From: a virus
Lineage: Duplodnaviria; Caudoviricetes
Strand: one strand, 5' to 3'
IMG/VR virus record: IMGVR_UViG_3300027780_000023
Location: 1-48,548 of that record
Length of the DNA stretch: 48,548 nucleotides
This document shows, one piece after another, positions 1-9,304 of the stretch. The notes beneath the pieces were generated by a model. The model did not search any database and was not told where the DNA came from. It saw only the letters and a list, made by a program, of their open reading frames with translations. Made by a program: the position numbers and the translations under genes. Each line of letters begins with the position of its first letter. Within the stretch, counting starts at the first letter, position 1.

Positions 1-3000
1 ACTATTACTTTAGGTGGATCAGTTAGTATTAATAACGGAAACTGGTCAGGTACAGACTTATCTGTAGCAAATGGTGGCACTGGATCAAGTACTGCGTCTG
101 GGGCAAGGACTAACCTAGGGGTTGTCAATGACACAGGTACACCTGCAATTTTATCTAATGGTTCAACACCAAGCTTAAATTCAGGTATATCAGCAGCTGA
201 GGTTAGAAGCTTAATAGGTGCAGGTACAAGTTCTAGTGCGGGAGTAACATCAGTTGCAACTGGCACTGGATTAACTGGTGGGACAATTACTTCCACAGGA
301 ACTTTAAGTTTAGCAACTGCTGGTGCAGGGGCTGGATTTTATGGATCTACATCTAATAGTATTAAAATTGATCAAATAACTTTAGATGCATATGGTAGAG
401 TAACCGCTGTATCTACAGGAGCAACCGGTCAAGTAAATACTGTTGCAACTGGAAATAGTTCTACTTTAACTTCTAGCGGAACAACAGCAAAAACATTAAC
501 ACCAGTAACAGGTACAGTAAATTTGTCTTCTGCTAATTTAGCAACTGGAGCACAGATACAAACAGCTATCAATACGGCTTTAACTGGCGTGTTGCAATTT
601 GAAGGTACATGGAACGCTAGTACAAACACACCGACACTTGCAAGCAACGTAGGTACATCAGGAGATTATTATATAGTATCGGTTGCAGGTAGTACAAACT
701 TAAATGGTATTACGGATTGGGCAGTAGGTGATTGGGCTGTATTTGGGAACACAACGTGGACAAAAGTAGATAATACAGCTGTAGGGAGCATGTCATCTTT
801 TATTATTAAAGAAGGTAATGGCACTGAAACAAGCACTGTTACAAATGGTGAAACAATAACTTTTGCTCAAGGTACTGGTATACAATCAGAACTTACTTCT
901 ACTTCTAGTGGAGGAACATTAACTATAACAAACACATCACCCAACATTGTTCAAACAACTGTATCAGGTAATGCTGGATCAGTTACAAATGGAGTATATA
1001 CTATAGGTACACAAAGTATTGGTGGAGCAAAAACATTTACAACAACACCTATATCTGTAACAAGGTCAACAGCAGATAGTTCTACCTATTTAGCTACAAC
1101 TGCGTTTGTAAAAAATCAAGGCTATACTTCAAATGTTGGAGACATTACAGGCGTTACTGCAGGAAACAAATTAACTGGAGGCGGCACAAGTGGTACTGTA
1201 ACTTTAGGTCTTGCAAGTAACAACATATCTCAATGGACTAATGATTCTGGTTATACTACTAACGTAGGTGATATAACCGCGGTAACCGCAGGCACAGGCT
1301 TAAGTGGTGGTGGTAGTTCAGGCGCAGTAACACTTACTCTAGACTTAGGTGAATTAGCAGTTGGAGGTACGTTAATAGCTACTGACTATTTAATAGCGGA
1401 AAATGGTGGGGTTGACAATAGACAATTAATATCATCTATTCCACTTAGTATTTTTAGCAATAATGCAGGATGGACTTCTAACTCAGGAGACATAACAGGA
1501 GTAACAGCAGGTTCAGGTATTTCAGGTGGAGGCACTAGTGGTACAGTTACAATAACTAACTCTGCACCAAATATTGTACAGACTACAATATCGGGTAACG
1601 CTTACTCAGCAACAGTACTTCAAACAGCTAGAACAATTGCAGGCGTGTCCTTTAATGGTTCAGCAAATATAAGTTTAAATAATAACGCAATAACAAACGG
1701 TGCTGGATACACTGGAAATGTAGGTGATATTACAGGTGTAACCGCAGGAACAGGAATTACAGGTGGAGGTACAAGTGGTACAGTTACAATATCTCACGCA
1801 GACACGTCAAGTCAAGCTACTGTAAATAACTCAGGTAATACGTACATACAAGATGTAACATTAGATACTTTTGGTCATGTTACAGGACTAGTATCTTCTA
1901 CAACTACTCTTGGTGGTTTAGGATTTACAGGTGCTACAAATGCAAATTACATTACTAATAATAATCAACTTTCCAATGGCGCTGGGTATACAACAAATAC
2001 AGGTACCGTTACAGGTACAGTATCAGCAAGCGAAAGCATCAACACGATAGCACAAAGAAACTCAAGTGGTTATTTATTTGCATCGTACTTTAATGGCTCA
2101 GGGACATTTTCTACAACTGGAGCTAGTTCAGGAATGGGTCTATTTACTGGAACAAACGGTACAGATACTTACGGAAGATCTTATACAGCAGCAGCAGCAA
2201 GAACACTATTAAATGTAGCGAATGGTGCAACTAATGTAACAAATAACAATCAACTTACTAATGGTGCAGGTTATGTAACTAGCTCAGGCAATACTACTAT
2301 AGGAACATCAACTAATATTGGTATCAGTGCAGGTGGAGCGGTTTTAAGCAGTGTGAATTTAACGCAAGGTGTTATAACTTCATTTGCTACTAGAACAATG
2401 ACATTAGCTAACTTGGGTTATACAGGCGCAACTAATGCTAATTATATTACAAACAACAATCAATTAGCAAACGGTGCTGGTTATACAACTAGTGTTGGAG
2501 ATATAACTAACGTATCTGCGGGTAGTGGATTGACAGGAGGAGGATCATCTGGATCTGTAACATTAAATGTAGATTACGCAGGTTCTGATTCTATTGTTAT
2601 GGCTGCTCCAGGTGGATCTACTCCTGACGGAGATGATTATATGATTTACGGATCTGATTCTTCTAGTGATGGTTCTTCTTTAAAAACTCAATTTGTAGAT
2701 CTACCTTTAAGTATTTTTGATAATGATGCAGGGTTCAAGTCAAGTGCCGTAACATCTATAGCTACAACATCGCCTATATTAGGAGGAACAATTACAAGCA
2801 CTGGTACACTTAGCTTGAAGGTTCCAGTGAGTGGAGCTTGGCATAACGGCGGAGTAGCAATTGTAGGAGCTGTAACAGAAGTGGGTAGATATATTGATTT
2901 CCATACAAGCAACACAGGTACTTCTGATTACGATGTAAGGATGGATGCTAATGGTACAGAATTACTTATAAGTGGAAATGTAAGAGCTTCAGGAAACCTT

Positions 3001-3738
3001 GAAGCGGTTGGTAATATTGTAGCGGGATATGTGAGATCTACAGGTGGAAGTGCATACCAACCAGCACACTCTTTTAATAGTGACACAAACACTGGTATGT
3101 TTAATCCTGCTGCCGATACATTGCAGTTTAGTACAGGCGGTGCTTATAGATGGTCTACTAACAATTACGCTACTATCATAAATCAAGACTGTGGTATAGG
3201 AGTTACTCCATTAGCAAAATTTCATGTAAATGGAGTTTCGATAGTAAGAAGCTCTACTGGAGTAGGTGATTTTTTTCTAGGTAATAATGCAACAGCAAAT
3301 CACTTTAGATTTCACACAAATAATTCAGATACTTACTTTGACATGAATTGTGGTAACGTATACTGGAGAGATGGAGGATCAATTAGATATAGATTCTTCC
3401 CTTCAACTGCTAACATGACTATTAATGGTACGTTAACTCAAAATTCTGATATAAGAATAAAAGAAAATATAGTTGAAATTGACGACTGTATTGGAAAGGT
3501 TCAAGCCATGAGAGGTGTTTATTATAACAGAACTGATTTTAATACAGGACCTACTAAAGTTGGTGTTATAGCTCAAGAAGTTGAAGCTGTTTTACCAGAA
3601 CTTATATTAGAAAATGAAGATGATGGGCTTAAATCCGTAGCTTACTCAGAGTTAACAGCTGTATTGATAAATGCAATAAAAGAACAACAAGAAATTATAG
3701 AGGATTTAAAAACAAGAGTAGAGCAGTTAGAAAAATAG
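1..3738 (+). CDS. Tail fibre with C-terminal intramolecular chaperone (Peptidase S74); 5'-partial
   Basis: Frame 1 is open from base 1 (TITLGGSVSINNGNWSG...) into the 523..3738 ORF. G/T/S/N-rich repeats GDITGVTAGxGxxGGGxSGxVT and NNNQLxNGAGY. C-terminal SDIRIKENI...VGVIAQEVEAVLPEL...YSELTAVLINAIKEQQ is typical of S74 chaperones. Confidence 0.9.
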   Translation, partial: TITLGGSVSINNGNWSGTDLSVANGGTGSSTASGARTNLGVVNDTGTPAILSNGSTPSLNSGISAAEVRSLIGAGTSSSAGVTSVATGTGLTGGTITSTGTLSLATAGAGAGFYGSTSNSIKIDQITLDAYGRVTAVSTGATGQVNTVATGNSSTLTSSGTTAKTLTPVTGTVNLSSANLATGAQIQTAINTALTGVLQFEGTWNASTNTPTLASNVGTSGDYYIVSVAGSTNLNGITDWAVGDWAVFGNTTWTKVDNTAVGSMSSFIIKEGNGTETSTVTNGETITFAQGTGIQSELTSTSSGGTLTITNTSPNIVQTTVSGNAGSVTNGVYTIGTQSIGGAKTFTTTPISVTRSTADSSTYLATTAFVKNQGYTSNVGDITGVTAGNKLTGGGTSGTVTLGLASNNISQWTNDSGYTTNVGDITAVTAGTGLSGGGSSGAVTLTLDLGELAVGGTLIATDYLIAENGGVDNRQLISSIPLSIFSNNAGWTSNSGDITGVTAGSGISGGGTSGTVTITNSAPNIVQTTISGNAYSATVLQTARTIAGVSFNGSANISLNNNAITNGAGYTGNVGDITGVTAGTGITGGGTSGTVTISHADTSSQATVNNSGNTYIQDVTLDTFGHVTGLVSSTTTLGGLGFTGATNANYITNNNQLSNGAGYTTNTGTVTGTVSASESINTIAQRNSSGYLFASYFNGSGTFSTTGASSGMGLFTGTNGTDTYGRSYTAAAARTLLNVANGATNVTNNNQLTNGAGYVTSSGNTTIGTSTNIGISAGGAVLSSVNLTQGVITSFATRTMTLANLGYTGATNANYITNNNQLANGAGYTTSVGDITNVSAGSGLTGGGSSGSVTLNVDYAGSDSIVMAAPGGSTPDGDDYMIYGSDSSSDGSSLKTQFVDLPLSIFDNDAGFKSSAVTSIATTSPILGGTITSTGTLSLKVPVSGAWHNGGVAIVGAVTEVGRYIDFHTSNTGTSDYDVRMDANGTELLISGNVRASGNLEAVGNIVAGYVRSTGGSAYQPAHSFNSDTNTGMFNPAADTLQFSTGGAYRWSTNNYATIINQDCGIGVTPLAKFHVNGVSIVRSSTGVGDFFLGNNATANHFRFHTNNSDTYFDMNCGNVYWRDGGSIRYRFFPSTANMTINGTLTQNSDIRIKENIVEIDDCIGKVQAMRGVYYNRTDFNTGPTKVGVIAQEVEAVLPELILENEDDGLKSVAYSELTAVLINAIKEQQEIIEDLKTRVEQLEK

Positions 3739-3758
3739 TATTATAGTAAAAATTACTC

Positions 3759-3773
3759 AAAACAAGTAATAAT
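3759..3773 (+). promoter_or_regulatory. Recurrent intergenic motif AAAAYAAGTRA (putative phage late promoter), copy 1
   Basis: aaaacaagtaataat; similar copies at 11716, 21307 and 28694, all upstream of + strand genes. Confidence 0.5.
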
Positions 3774-3782
3774 AGCAATATA

Positions 3783-3799
3783 CCCGGCTCGGGAAGAGC
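3783..3799 (+). promoter_or_regulatory. GC-rich 5' leader structure (small pseudoknot or alternative hairpins)
   Basis: CCC-G-GCTC-GGG-AA-GAGC: CCC(G)/(C)GGG and GCTC/GAGC pairings in an otherwise AT-rich gap. Confidence 0.35.
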
Positions 3800-3830
3800 A
3801 ACAACCAGATAATAATTAAAACCAAAACCA

Positions 3831-4121
3831 ATGACAATTTTTTACCAGACTAGTTCGTGGAGTAGTCAACCACAAATCACACAAGAAACCTTAGACCTTT
3901 GGAAGCATGTTGCTGATAAGTCAAATTGGCGTATTGTGCAATTACCAAACGGTTTCTATCAAACCGAACACCAAGATCCAAATGAAAAAGATACTTGGCA
4001 CGACGTCACAAGACGTGAAACTTTAGAAGGAGCAGAGCAAGCGATTGATTCATCAGTTGCTCACTATGTTAAAAAACTAGAATTCGCTAATGGACCAAAA
4101 GTCGTAAAAACCTTTAAGTAA
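3831..4121 (+). CDS. Hypothetical phage protein (96 aa)
   Basis: ATG with A-rich leader; fills the gap before groEL. Confidence 0.8.
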   Translation: MTIFYQTSSWSSQPQITQETLDLWKHVADKSNWRIVQLPNGFYQTEHQDPNEKDTWHDVTRRETLEGAEQAIDSSVAHYVKKLEFANGPKVVKTFK

Positions 4122-4149
4122 AATCAATTAAATCTAATCAAATTAAATT

Positions 4150-5706
4150 ATGTCAGACTCAATAGTCAAAAATCTTAACTTCGGTGACGAAGCTAGGAAA
4201 AATGTATTTAAAGGTATAACTAAACTCACAACTGCTGTTAGCTCCACATTAGGAGCTAGCGGTAAATGTGTAATGCTAGAAGATGCTAGCGGAAGACCAG
4301 TTATAACAAAAGATGGAGTTACAGTTGCAGACTCAATAGTATTACTAGACCCAGTTGAAAACATGGGTGCTACTCTATTAAAAGAAGCAGCAAGAAAAAC
4401 GGTGAGAGAAGCAGGTGACGGTACAACTACCGCAACCGTATTAGCTCATGCTATATTAGAAGAAGCTTATAAAGTTTCTAATAAAACAAATTCAAGAGAA
4501 TTAAAAGATGGTATTAATTCTGCAGTTAAAAAAGTTATAAAATATTTAGAATCTACATCAATAGAAGCTAAAGGGCAAATGATAAATCAAATTGCCACTA
4601 TATCTACCAACAACGACAAAGAACTTGGTTGTATCATTGCAGACGCTTTTAGATCTGTAGATAACACGGGTGTTGTCATGATGGAGACATCTGCTTCAGG
4701 TAAAACAGTGTTTGAAGTAGTTGATGGAGTTCAATATGATAAAGGAATTACTAATTCTCATTTCGTAACTAATCAACAATCAAAAACAGCAGAACTAGAA
4801 AATCCACTAGTGCTGTTAATTGAATCACCAGTTGATACAATTAGACAAATACAATCAGTGCTAGAGTATGTAATAAAAAACAACAAACCTTTGCTTATTA
4901 TAGGCGACTTAGAACAAGGTGTTTTATCAGCTTTAGCAATGAATAAAAAGAAAGGCAATATCAAGGTAAATGTTATAAACGCACCAACATATGGTGTTAA
5001 TAAAAAACAAATACTTGATGATCTTTCTTTGTTAACAGGTGCTACTATTATAAATGAAGATTTAGGCGATGACTTAGATATGATTCAAATAGAACATTTA
5101 GGATCTTGTTTAAAAAGCGTAACAACTCACCAAGATACAGTTATTCAAATAAAAGAAACATCAAAAGATGTTAATTTAATTATAGAAGATATAAAAGAAA
5201 AACTATCTAAAGATTTACCTGCTTATGAGGTAATAAAATTAGAAAAAAGATTAGCAATGCTCGCGGCTAGAATAGCCATAGTAAAAGTAGGTGCTAATTC
5301 TGATATTGAATTAAAAGAAAAAACAGATAGGGTTGAAGACGCTATTTGCGCTACGAAAGCTGCTGTTAAAGAAGGTATAGTATCAGGAGGTGGAATCGCT
5401 TTATTAAATGCCGCGCAACATATTAAATCTAAATCAATAGGTGAGCAAGTATTATTAGAAGCAATTAAATCACCTTTTAGAACAATATTAGAAAACGCGG
5501 GCATTGTAGAGTATGATCTACCTATTATGAAAGGTAAAGGTCTAAACGTGGTTACAGGAAAAATGGTAAATATGATTAAGTCAGGTATTATAGATCCTTT
5601 ACTCGTTACAAAAAGTGCTCTTCAAAACGCAGCTTCAGTAGCTACAACGATATTGTCAACCGATTGTGTAATCAATAATTTAAGAATCGATGAAAGCAAT
5701 AGGTAG
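4150..5706 (+). CDS. groEL: Phage-encoded chaperonin GroEL
   Basis: ITKDGVTVA, AGDGTTTATVLA, GANSDIELKEKTDRVEDAICATKAA, GIVSGGG and GIIDP motifs; no GGM tail. Confidence 0.97.
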   Translation: MSDSIVKNLNFGDEARKNVFKGITKLTTAVSSTLGASGKCVMLEDASGRPVITKDGVTVADSIVLLDPVENMGATLLKEAARKTVREAGDGTTTATVLAHAILEEAYKVSNKTNSRELKDGINSAVKKVIKYLESTSIEAKGQMINQIATISTNNDKELGCIIADAFRSVDNTGVVMMETSASGKTVFEVVDGVQYDKGITNSHFVTNQQSKTAELENPLVLLIESPVDTIRQIQSVLEYVIKNNKPLLIIGDLEQGVLSALAMNKKKGNIKVNVINAPTYGVNKKQILDDLSLLTGATIINEDLGDDLDMIQIEHLGSCLKSVTTHQDTVIQIKETSKDVNLIIEDIKEKLSKDLPAYEVIKLEKRLAMLAARIAIVKVGANSDIELKEKTDRVEDAICATKAAVKEGIVSGGGIALLNAAQHIKSKSIGEQVLLEAIKSPFRTILENAGIVEYDLPIMKGKGLNVVTGKMVNMIKSGIIDPLLVTKSALQNAASVATTILSTDCVINNLRIDESNR

Positions 5707-5950
5707 AAATTTAATTATACAAAAAACAAAAGAAGGAACCACTAAAACAAAAGGTGGTTTACTTCTTGCAGAAAACCAGAGAGAAGACATTAGATACGTA
5801 GAAGCAACGGTTGTTTCGGTAGGATCTGATATAGTTGGAATGAAAGAGAACGATAAGATCTTTTTTGATAGACATGCTGGTCATAAAATAGAATTAGAAA
5901 AACAAACGTATCATGTGATTAAAGCTCAGGATGTAGTTGTTGTTTTATGA
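5690..5950 (+). CDS. groES: Co-chaperonin GroES
   Basis: 86 aa; mobile loop KTKGGLLL, ATVVSVG, final DVVVVL strand; overlaps the groEL 3' end. Confidence 0.9.
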   Translation: MKAIGRNLIIQKTKEGTTKTKGGLLLAENQREDIRYVEATVVSVGSDIVGMKENDKIFFDRHAGHKIELEKQTYHVIKAQDVVVVL

Positions 5951-6390
5951 GAATAAGTGCACGTGACATTAAGGACTTAAACTTAATAAAACATTACAGA
6001 ATAATACGTAAGTGGGCATGTAAAAACAATGACTTAAACGATGCTGATTTAGAACTATTAATTTATTTAGATTGTATAGGTTTTTTTAATAAAAAAGATT
6101 TTAAAATGGGTAGTTATTCTTACAGTTGGGATAACAGAAGATGGAATAGATTACTTAAAGAAGGTTGGATAGTTGTGTGGAGAAAAAGAAATAGATCTAC
6201 ACAAATGTTTAATATATACGAAGTATCTTTTAAATGCAAGCAATTAATAAGTAGAATATACAGAATAATGCTAGGTGAAGAAGATCTACCAATAAGTAAA
6301 AGAAGAAACAAATTAATAGCTGGTAGTAGTTATACAGATAAAGTAATGACAAAAGCTATATATAATGTAAATAAAGATAAAAATAGATAA
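5947..6390 (+). CDS. Putative winged-helix DNA-binding protein
   Basis: Basic 147 aa; LNDADLELLIYL...RLLKEGWIVVW...IYEVSFKCKQLI resembles a MarR-like wHTH pattern. Confidence 0.5.
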   Translation: MRISARDIKDLNLIKHYRIIRKWACKNNDLNDADLELLIYLDCIGFFNKKDFKMGSYSYSWDNRRWNRLLKEGWIVVWRKRNRSTQMFNIYEVSFKCKQLISRIYRIMLGEEDLPISKRRNKLIAGSSYTDKVMTKAIYNVNKDKNR

Positions 6391-6392
6391 AA

Positions 6393-7250
6393 ATGAAAGG
6401 TAAAAAATATGATTATAAGGAAGCTTATAACACTAAATTAAAACCTAGTGCGCGTTTACATTATTTAGAAAACGCTAGACATGATACTGATTCACCATTT
6501 AATCAAGGAGTTATACCAAGTGAAGATCCTAAAGATATGAAGCCTAAAAAACGACCACCAGTTGAAACTGACATTAATAGAGGTGGTGGTGTTATAAAAA
6601 ATACAATTGAGAAGACACTTCCTCCAACAGACGCAGAATTATACCCAGAAAGAAGAGATAATCAGGGTGTTAAAAAACTAGAAGGTGGCAAACATTCTCC
6701 AGTCAAACAAGTTATGGATCCGTCATTGGCACAGCAACCACAAAGTTTAATGTCTAACGTGCCACCTCAACAAGCTAACACGATGGGTCAAGCACAACCA
6801 GTTTTTAGCCCACAAACTCAACAAGTAGCTCAAGGTATGTTTGGCAGTACTCAGTCTATGCAAAACTCTGTAGGTGCAACACCTTTGTTTCAAGTTCAAA
6901 AATTACCAGCTGTTGATCTAGGTACTGTTAAATCAGATTATAAAGATAAAGCTTTTGGTTTACCTTTTCCTGGTGACAAGATGTATAAGGGAACTGATGG
7001 GTTTGGAAAGTATGGTGGCAAGTATACAAAAGAAATGACGGATGCTAATTCAAACTACACGCGTCAACACAACTTAGCTAACAAGCCAGGTTATGCAGAA
7101 ATGAAGCAAAACCAATTGCAAGAGGAAGCTTCCGTTGTAAAAACTGAAGACGAAGGTATGAGTAACATGTTACAAAGACAAGAAGACGAGCGTAGAGGTA
7201 TAATGGAGCAAACAGAATTATCAGATAGAACAGAATTATCAGAAGATTAA
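6393..7250 (+). CDS. SP-motif family protein (285 aa, low complexity, modular)
   Basis: SPFNQ (6492), SPVKQ (6696) and TPLFQ (6879) separate compositionally different segments. Confidence 0.75.
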   Translation: MKGKKYDYKEAYNTKLKPSARLHYLENARHDTDSPFNQGVIPSEDPKDMKPKKRPPVETDINRGGGVIKNTIEKTLPPTDAELYPERRDNQGVKKLEGGKHSPVKQVMDPSLAQQPQSLMSNVPPQQANTMGQAQPVFSPQTQQVAQGMFGSTQSMQNSVGATPLFQVQKLPAVDLGTVKSDYKDKAFGLPFPGDKMYKGTDGFGKYGGKYTKEMTDANSNYTRQHNLANKPGYAEMKQNQLQEEASVVKTEDEGMSNMLQRQEDERRGIMEQTELSDRTELSED

Positions 7251-7265
7251 TATAAAATAAAAATT

Positions 7266-7484
7266 ATGCATAGTAACAAATACGATCCAGCAATGGAAAA
7301 ATTAAAGCCAGGTAGCCAAGTAGGTGTAGTAGGTGAATCTCATATATGGGATGGTCCTTTAGATCAAGAAGGTAGACCTCATGGTAAAGGAGCTAGCAAC
7401 GGAGCAACGGGTATGCAAATACTAAAAGCGCCAACTTATTATAAAGGTATGCCAATAACGCAATGCGCTAAAGTATATAAATAA
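7266..7484 (+). CDS. Hypothetical small protein (GPLDQ motif variant)
   Basis: ATG after A-rich leader; its stop overlaps the next ATG. Confidence 0.7.
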   Translation: MHSNKYDPAMEKLKPGSQVGVVGESHIWDGPLDQEGRPHGKGASNGATGMQILKAPTYYKGMPITQCAKVYK

Positions 7485-7681
7485 TGAATTCTCCGTTTTA
7501 TAAAAAAGGATTTCCTGAAATAAAACCAGAGAACAAAGGTAAGTTTACGGCTTGGGCTAAAAAGAACGGCTTTAAAGACGCTTGCTCAGCTGCATCATCA
7601 GTTATGTCAAGTAAAGATAAATATAGCGAGGAAGTTGTCAAGATGGCAAACTACGCAAACAACTTCGGTTGTAAAAACTAA
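7484..7681 (+). CDS. SP-motif family small basic protein
   Basis: MNSPFYKK followed by the IKPENKGKFTAWAKK...VKMANYANN module. Confidence 0.75.
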   Translation: MNSPFYKKGFPEIKPENKGKFTAWAKKNGFKDACSAASSVMSSKDKYSEEVVKMANYANNFGCKN

Positions 7682-7697
7682 ACTAAAAATAAAAAAA

Positions 7698-8272
7698 ATG
7701 AGTTCACCATTTGCAAAAAAATTTATGGGTTCAGCTTTAGCTAAAACCCTAAAAGGAGGTCAAGTAAACCTACCAGAACATTTACAAGAAGCTATTAAAG
7801 CTTCACCAGCTGAAATGAATGAATCTCCACTATACAATCATGGAGATAAGCATTTGAAAAAAGCTAAAAAACTATCTTTAAAAGGTGGTGAAGACGGTGA
7901 TTATGATTACGAAAACAAAGAAGTGATGAGCTTAGTTGATAAAGGTAATGCTAAAAACGCTAGTCACGATAAAAAAGAAGAAAAAGGGCAGGAAGAAAAA
8001 AAAACTCAAGTCCGCTAAATAGTTATTCAAATCCTGATTCAGTAAAGTATTTTTCTAATGCAGCAGATTTTCAACAACTGCAAGATGATATAGTTGGTGG
8101 AACTGATTTAGCTATGGATAAAACAAGAGCTAAAATCAATAAGAAAAACAAAAATGATGATTTACAGATGTCAGGAAAGTCACATAAAGGATCAAGAGGT
8201 TCTTCTCCTTGCTCTGGAAACAGTGGCTCAACAATAACAAATAAAGACGGATCAACAACAATATGCCCATAA
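7698..8272 (+). CDS. SP-motif family protein spanning a -1 frameshift at an A9 run (7996-8004)
   Basis: Likely start ATG 7698 (MSSPFAKKF). The 0-frame stops at 8018; the -1 frame continues NSSPLNSYSNPD...TICP to TAA 8270-8272. Confidence 0.65.
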
Positions 8273-8298
8273 ATAAATAATAAAAATAAATAATAACC

Positions 8299-8706
8299 AT
8301 GGAATCAAACTCACAAGAAAAAAAGAATTTAATGCAAGACATGCCAATAGATAGAATCGCCGGAGGCGGTGGATCTTGGATGTCAAAACACTCAATGTCA
8401 GCTGGATCACCAGCACACAAAGGAGGATCATATAAAGGATCACCAGCTCATCAAGAAGAAGGGGGCTTTTCCACTTATGATGATAGAACAAATAAAGACG
8501 GAGTAAGTCAAACTGATTTGATGAAATTAAGATTTGACGATACCGAGGCGGCGATTGGAGCTTATAAAGATGGAACTGGAACATACAACGCGTATGAAGA
8601 GTCAGCTGACAGATTCAATGTTTCTAAAGATTCTATTGGCGCTGTAAATAAAAGAATAGATAGAGTAATGAAAGGCGAAGAATTTGAATTTAAAAAACCA
8701 AAATAA
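8299..8706 (+). CDS. SP-motif family protein (135 aa)
   Basis: Tandem GSPAHK / GSPAHQ followed by an acidic module. Confidence 0.75.
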   Translation: MESNSQEKKNLMQDMPIDRIAGGGGSWMSKHSMSAGSPAHKGGSYKGSPAHQEEGGFSTYDDRTNKDGVSQTDLMKLRFDDTEAAIGAYKDGTGTYNAYEESADRFNVSKDSIGAVNKRIDRVMKGEEFEFKKPK

Positions 8707-8710
8707 TAAA

Positions 8711-8733
8711 ACAGAGAGGACTGTACAAACCTC
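8711..8733 (+). promoter_or_regulatory. Putative H-type pseudoknot in the leader of the 8774 gene
   Basis: ACAG-A-GAGG-A-CTGT-ACAAA-CCTC: S1 ACAG/CTGT, S2 GAGG/CCTC, then an AC-rich unstructured leader. Confidence 0.45.
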
Positions 8734-8773
8734 AGCCAAACATAAACACTAACATAAACTTAAACAAAACAAA

Positions 8774-9145
8774 ATGGCAAAATTTTTAAAAGTACCTCTA
8801 GCAACAGGGGATGAATTATTCGGAATTAGTAACATCGTTAACGTACGCGCTGGAGACGTTGCAGCTCCAATTGGAAATCTAACTACAACAACAACTATTA
8901 TAACTGATGGTATTGCTGGAGCGCAAACTTACACTTTTACACACACGGCAGCACTAGTAGGTGGGCAGACTGTATTAGAAGCATTTAATGCTGCTATAGC
9001 TGCTAATCCAGGTGGAATAATATCTACACTAGGTAAGCCAATTGCAACTCAACAAGTACCAGCACCACAATCTGGTCAAGTTGGTCGTATGGTTGTTACA
9101 TCTGCTCCAGTATTTGTACAATACGCAAGTGTAGCAATAGCTTAA
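8774..9145 (+). CDS. Putative small virion structural (decoration-like) protein
   Basis: 123 aa, A/T/G/V-rich with beta-type composition and a long structured leader; function inferred. Confidence 0.5.
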   Translation: MAKFLKVPLATGDELFGISNIVNVRAGDVAAPIGNLTTTTTIITDGIAGAQTYTFTHTAALVGGQTVLEAFNAAIAANPGGIISTLGKPIATQQVPAPQSGQVGRMVVTSAPVFVQYASVAIA

Positions 9146-9147
9146 CT

Positions 9148-9303
9148 ATGAAATCAACAGGTTTAGGAGACGACATAGAGAAGTTTACTAAAGCTACTGG
9201 TATCAAAAAATTAGTAGACAACGTCGCAAGCGGATTAAATATCCCTTGCGGCTGCGCTGCTAGAAAAGGAGCACTCAATAAAATATTTCCTTACAAACAA
9301 TAA
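9148..9303 (+). CDS. Small conserved-type phage protein (51 aa, GLGD...CGC), absent from the ORF track
   Basis: MKSTGLGDDIEKFTKATGIKKLVDNVASGLNIPCGCAARKGALNKIFPYKQ; exactly fills the gap between 9145 and 9305. Confidence 0.8.
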   Translation: MKSTGLGDDIEKFTKATGIKKLVDNVASGLNIPCGCAARKGALNKIFPYKQ

Positions 9304-9304
9304 T

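Noticed and set aside
7211-7243. Short tandem duplication encoding TELSDRTELSED
   Set aside because: Two copies only, within a low-complexity tail; not an array
7635-7697. Upstream extension of the 7635..8018 ORF
   Set aside because: Overlaps the previous gene; ATG 7698 has an A-rich leader and gives the family N-terminus MSSPF
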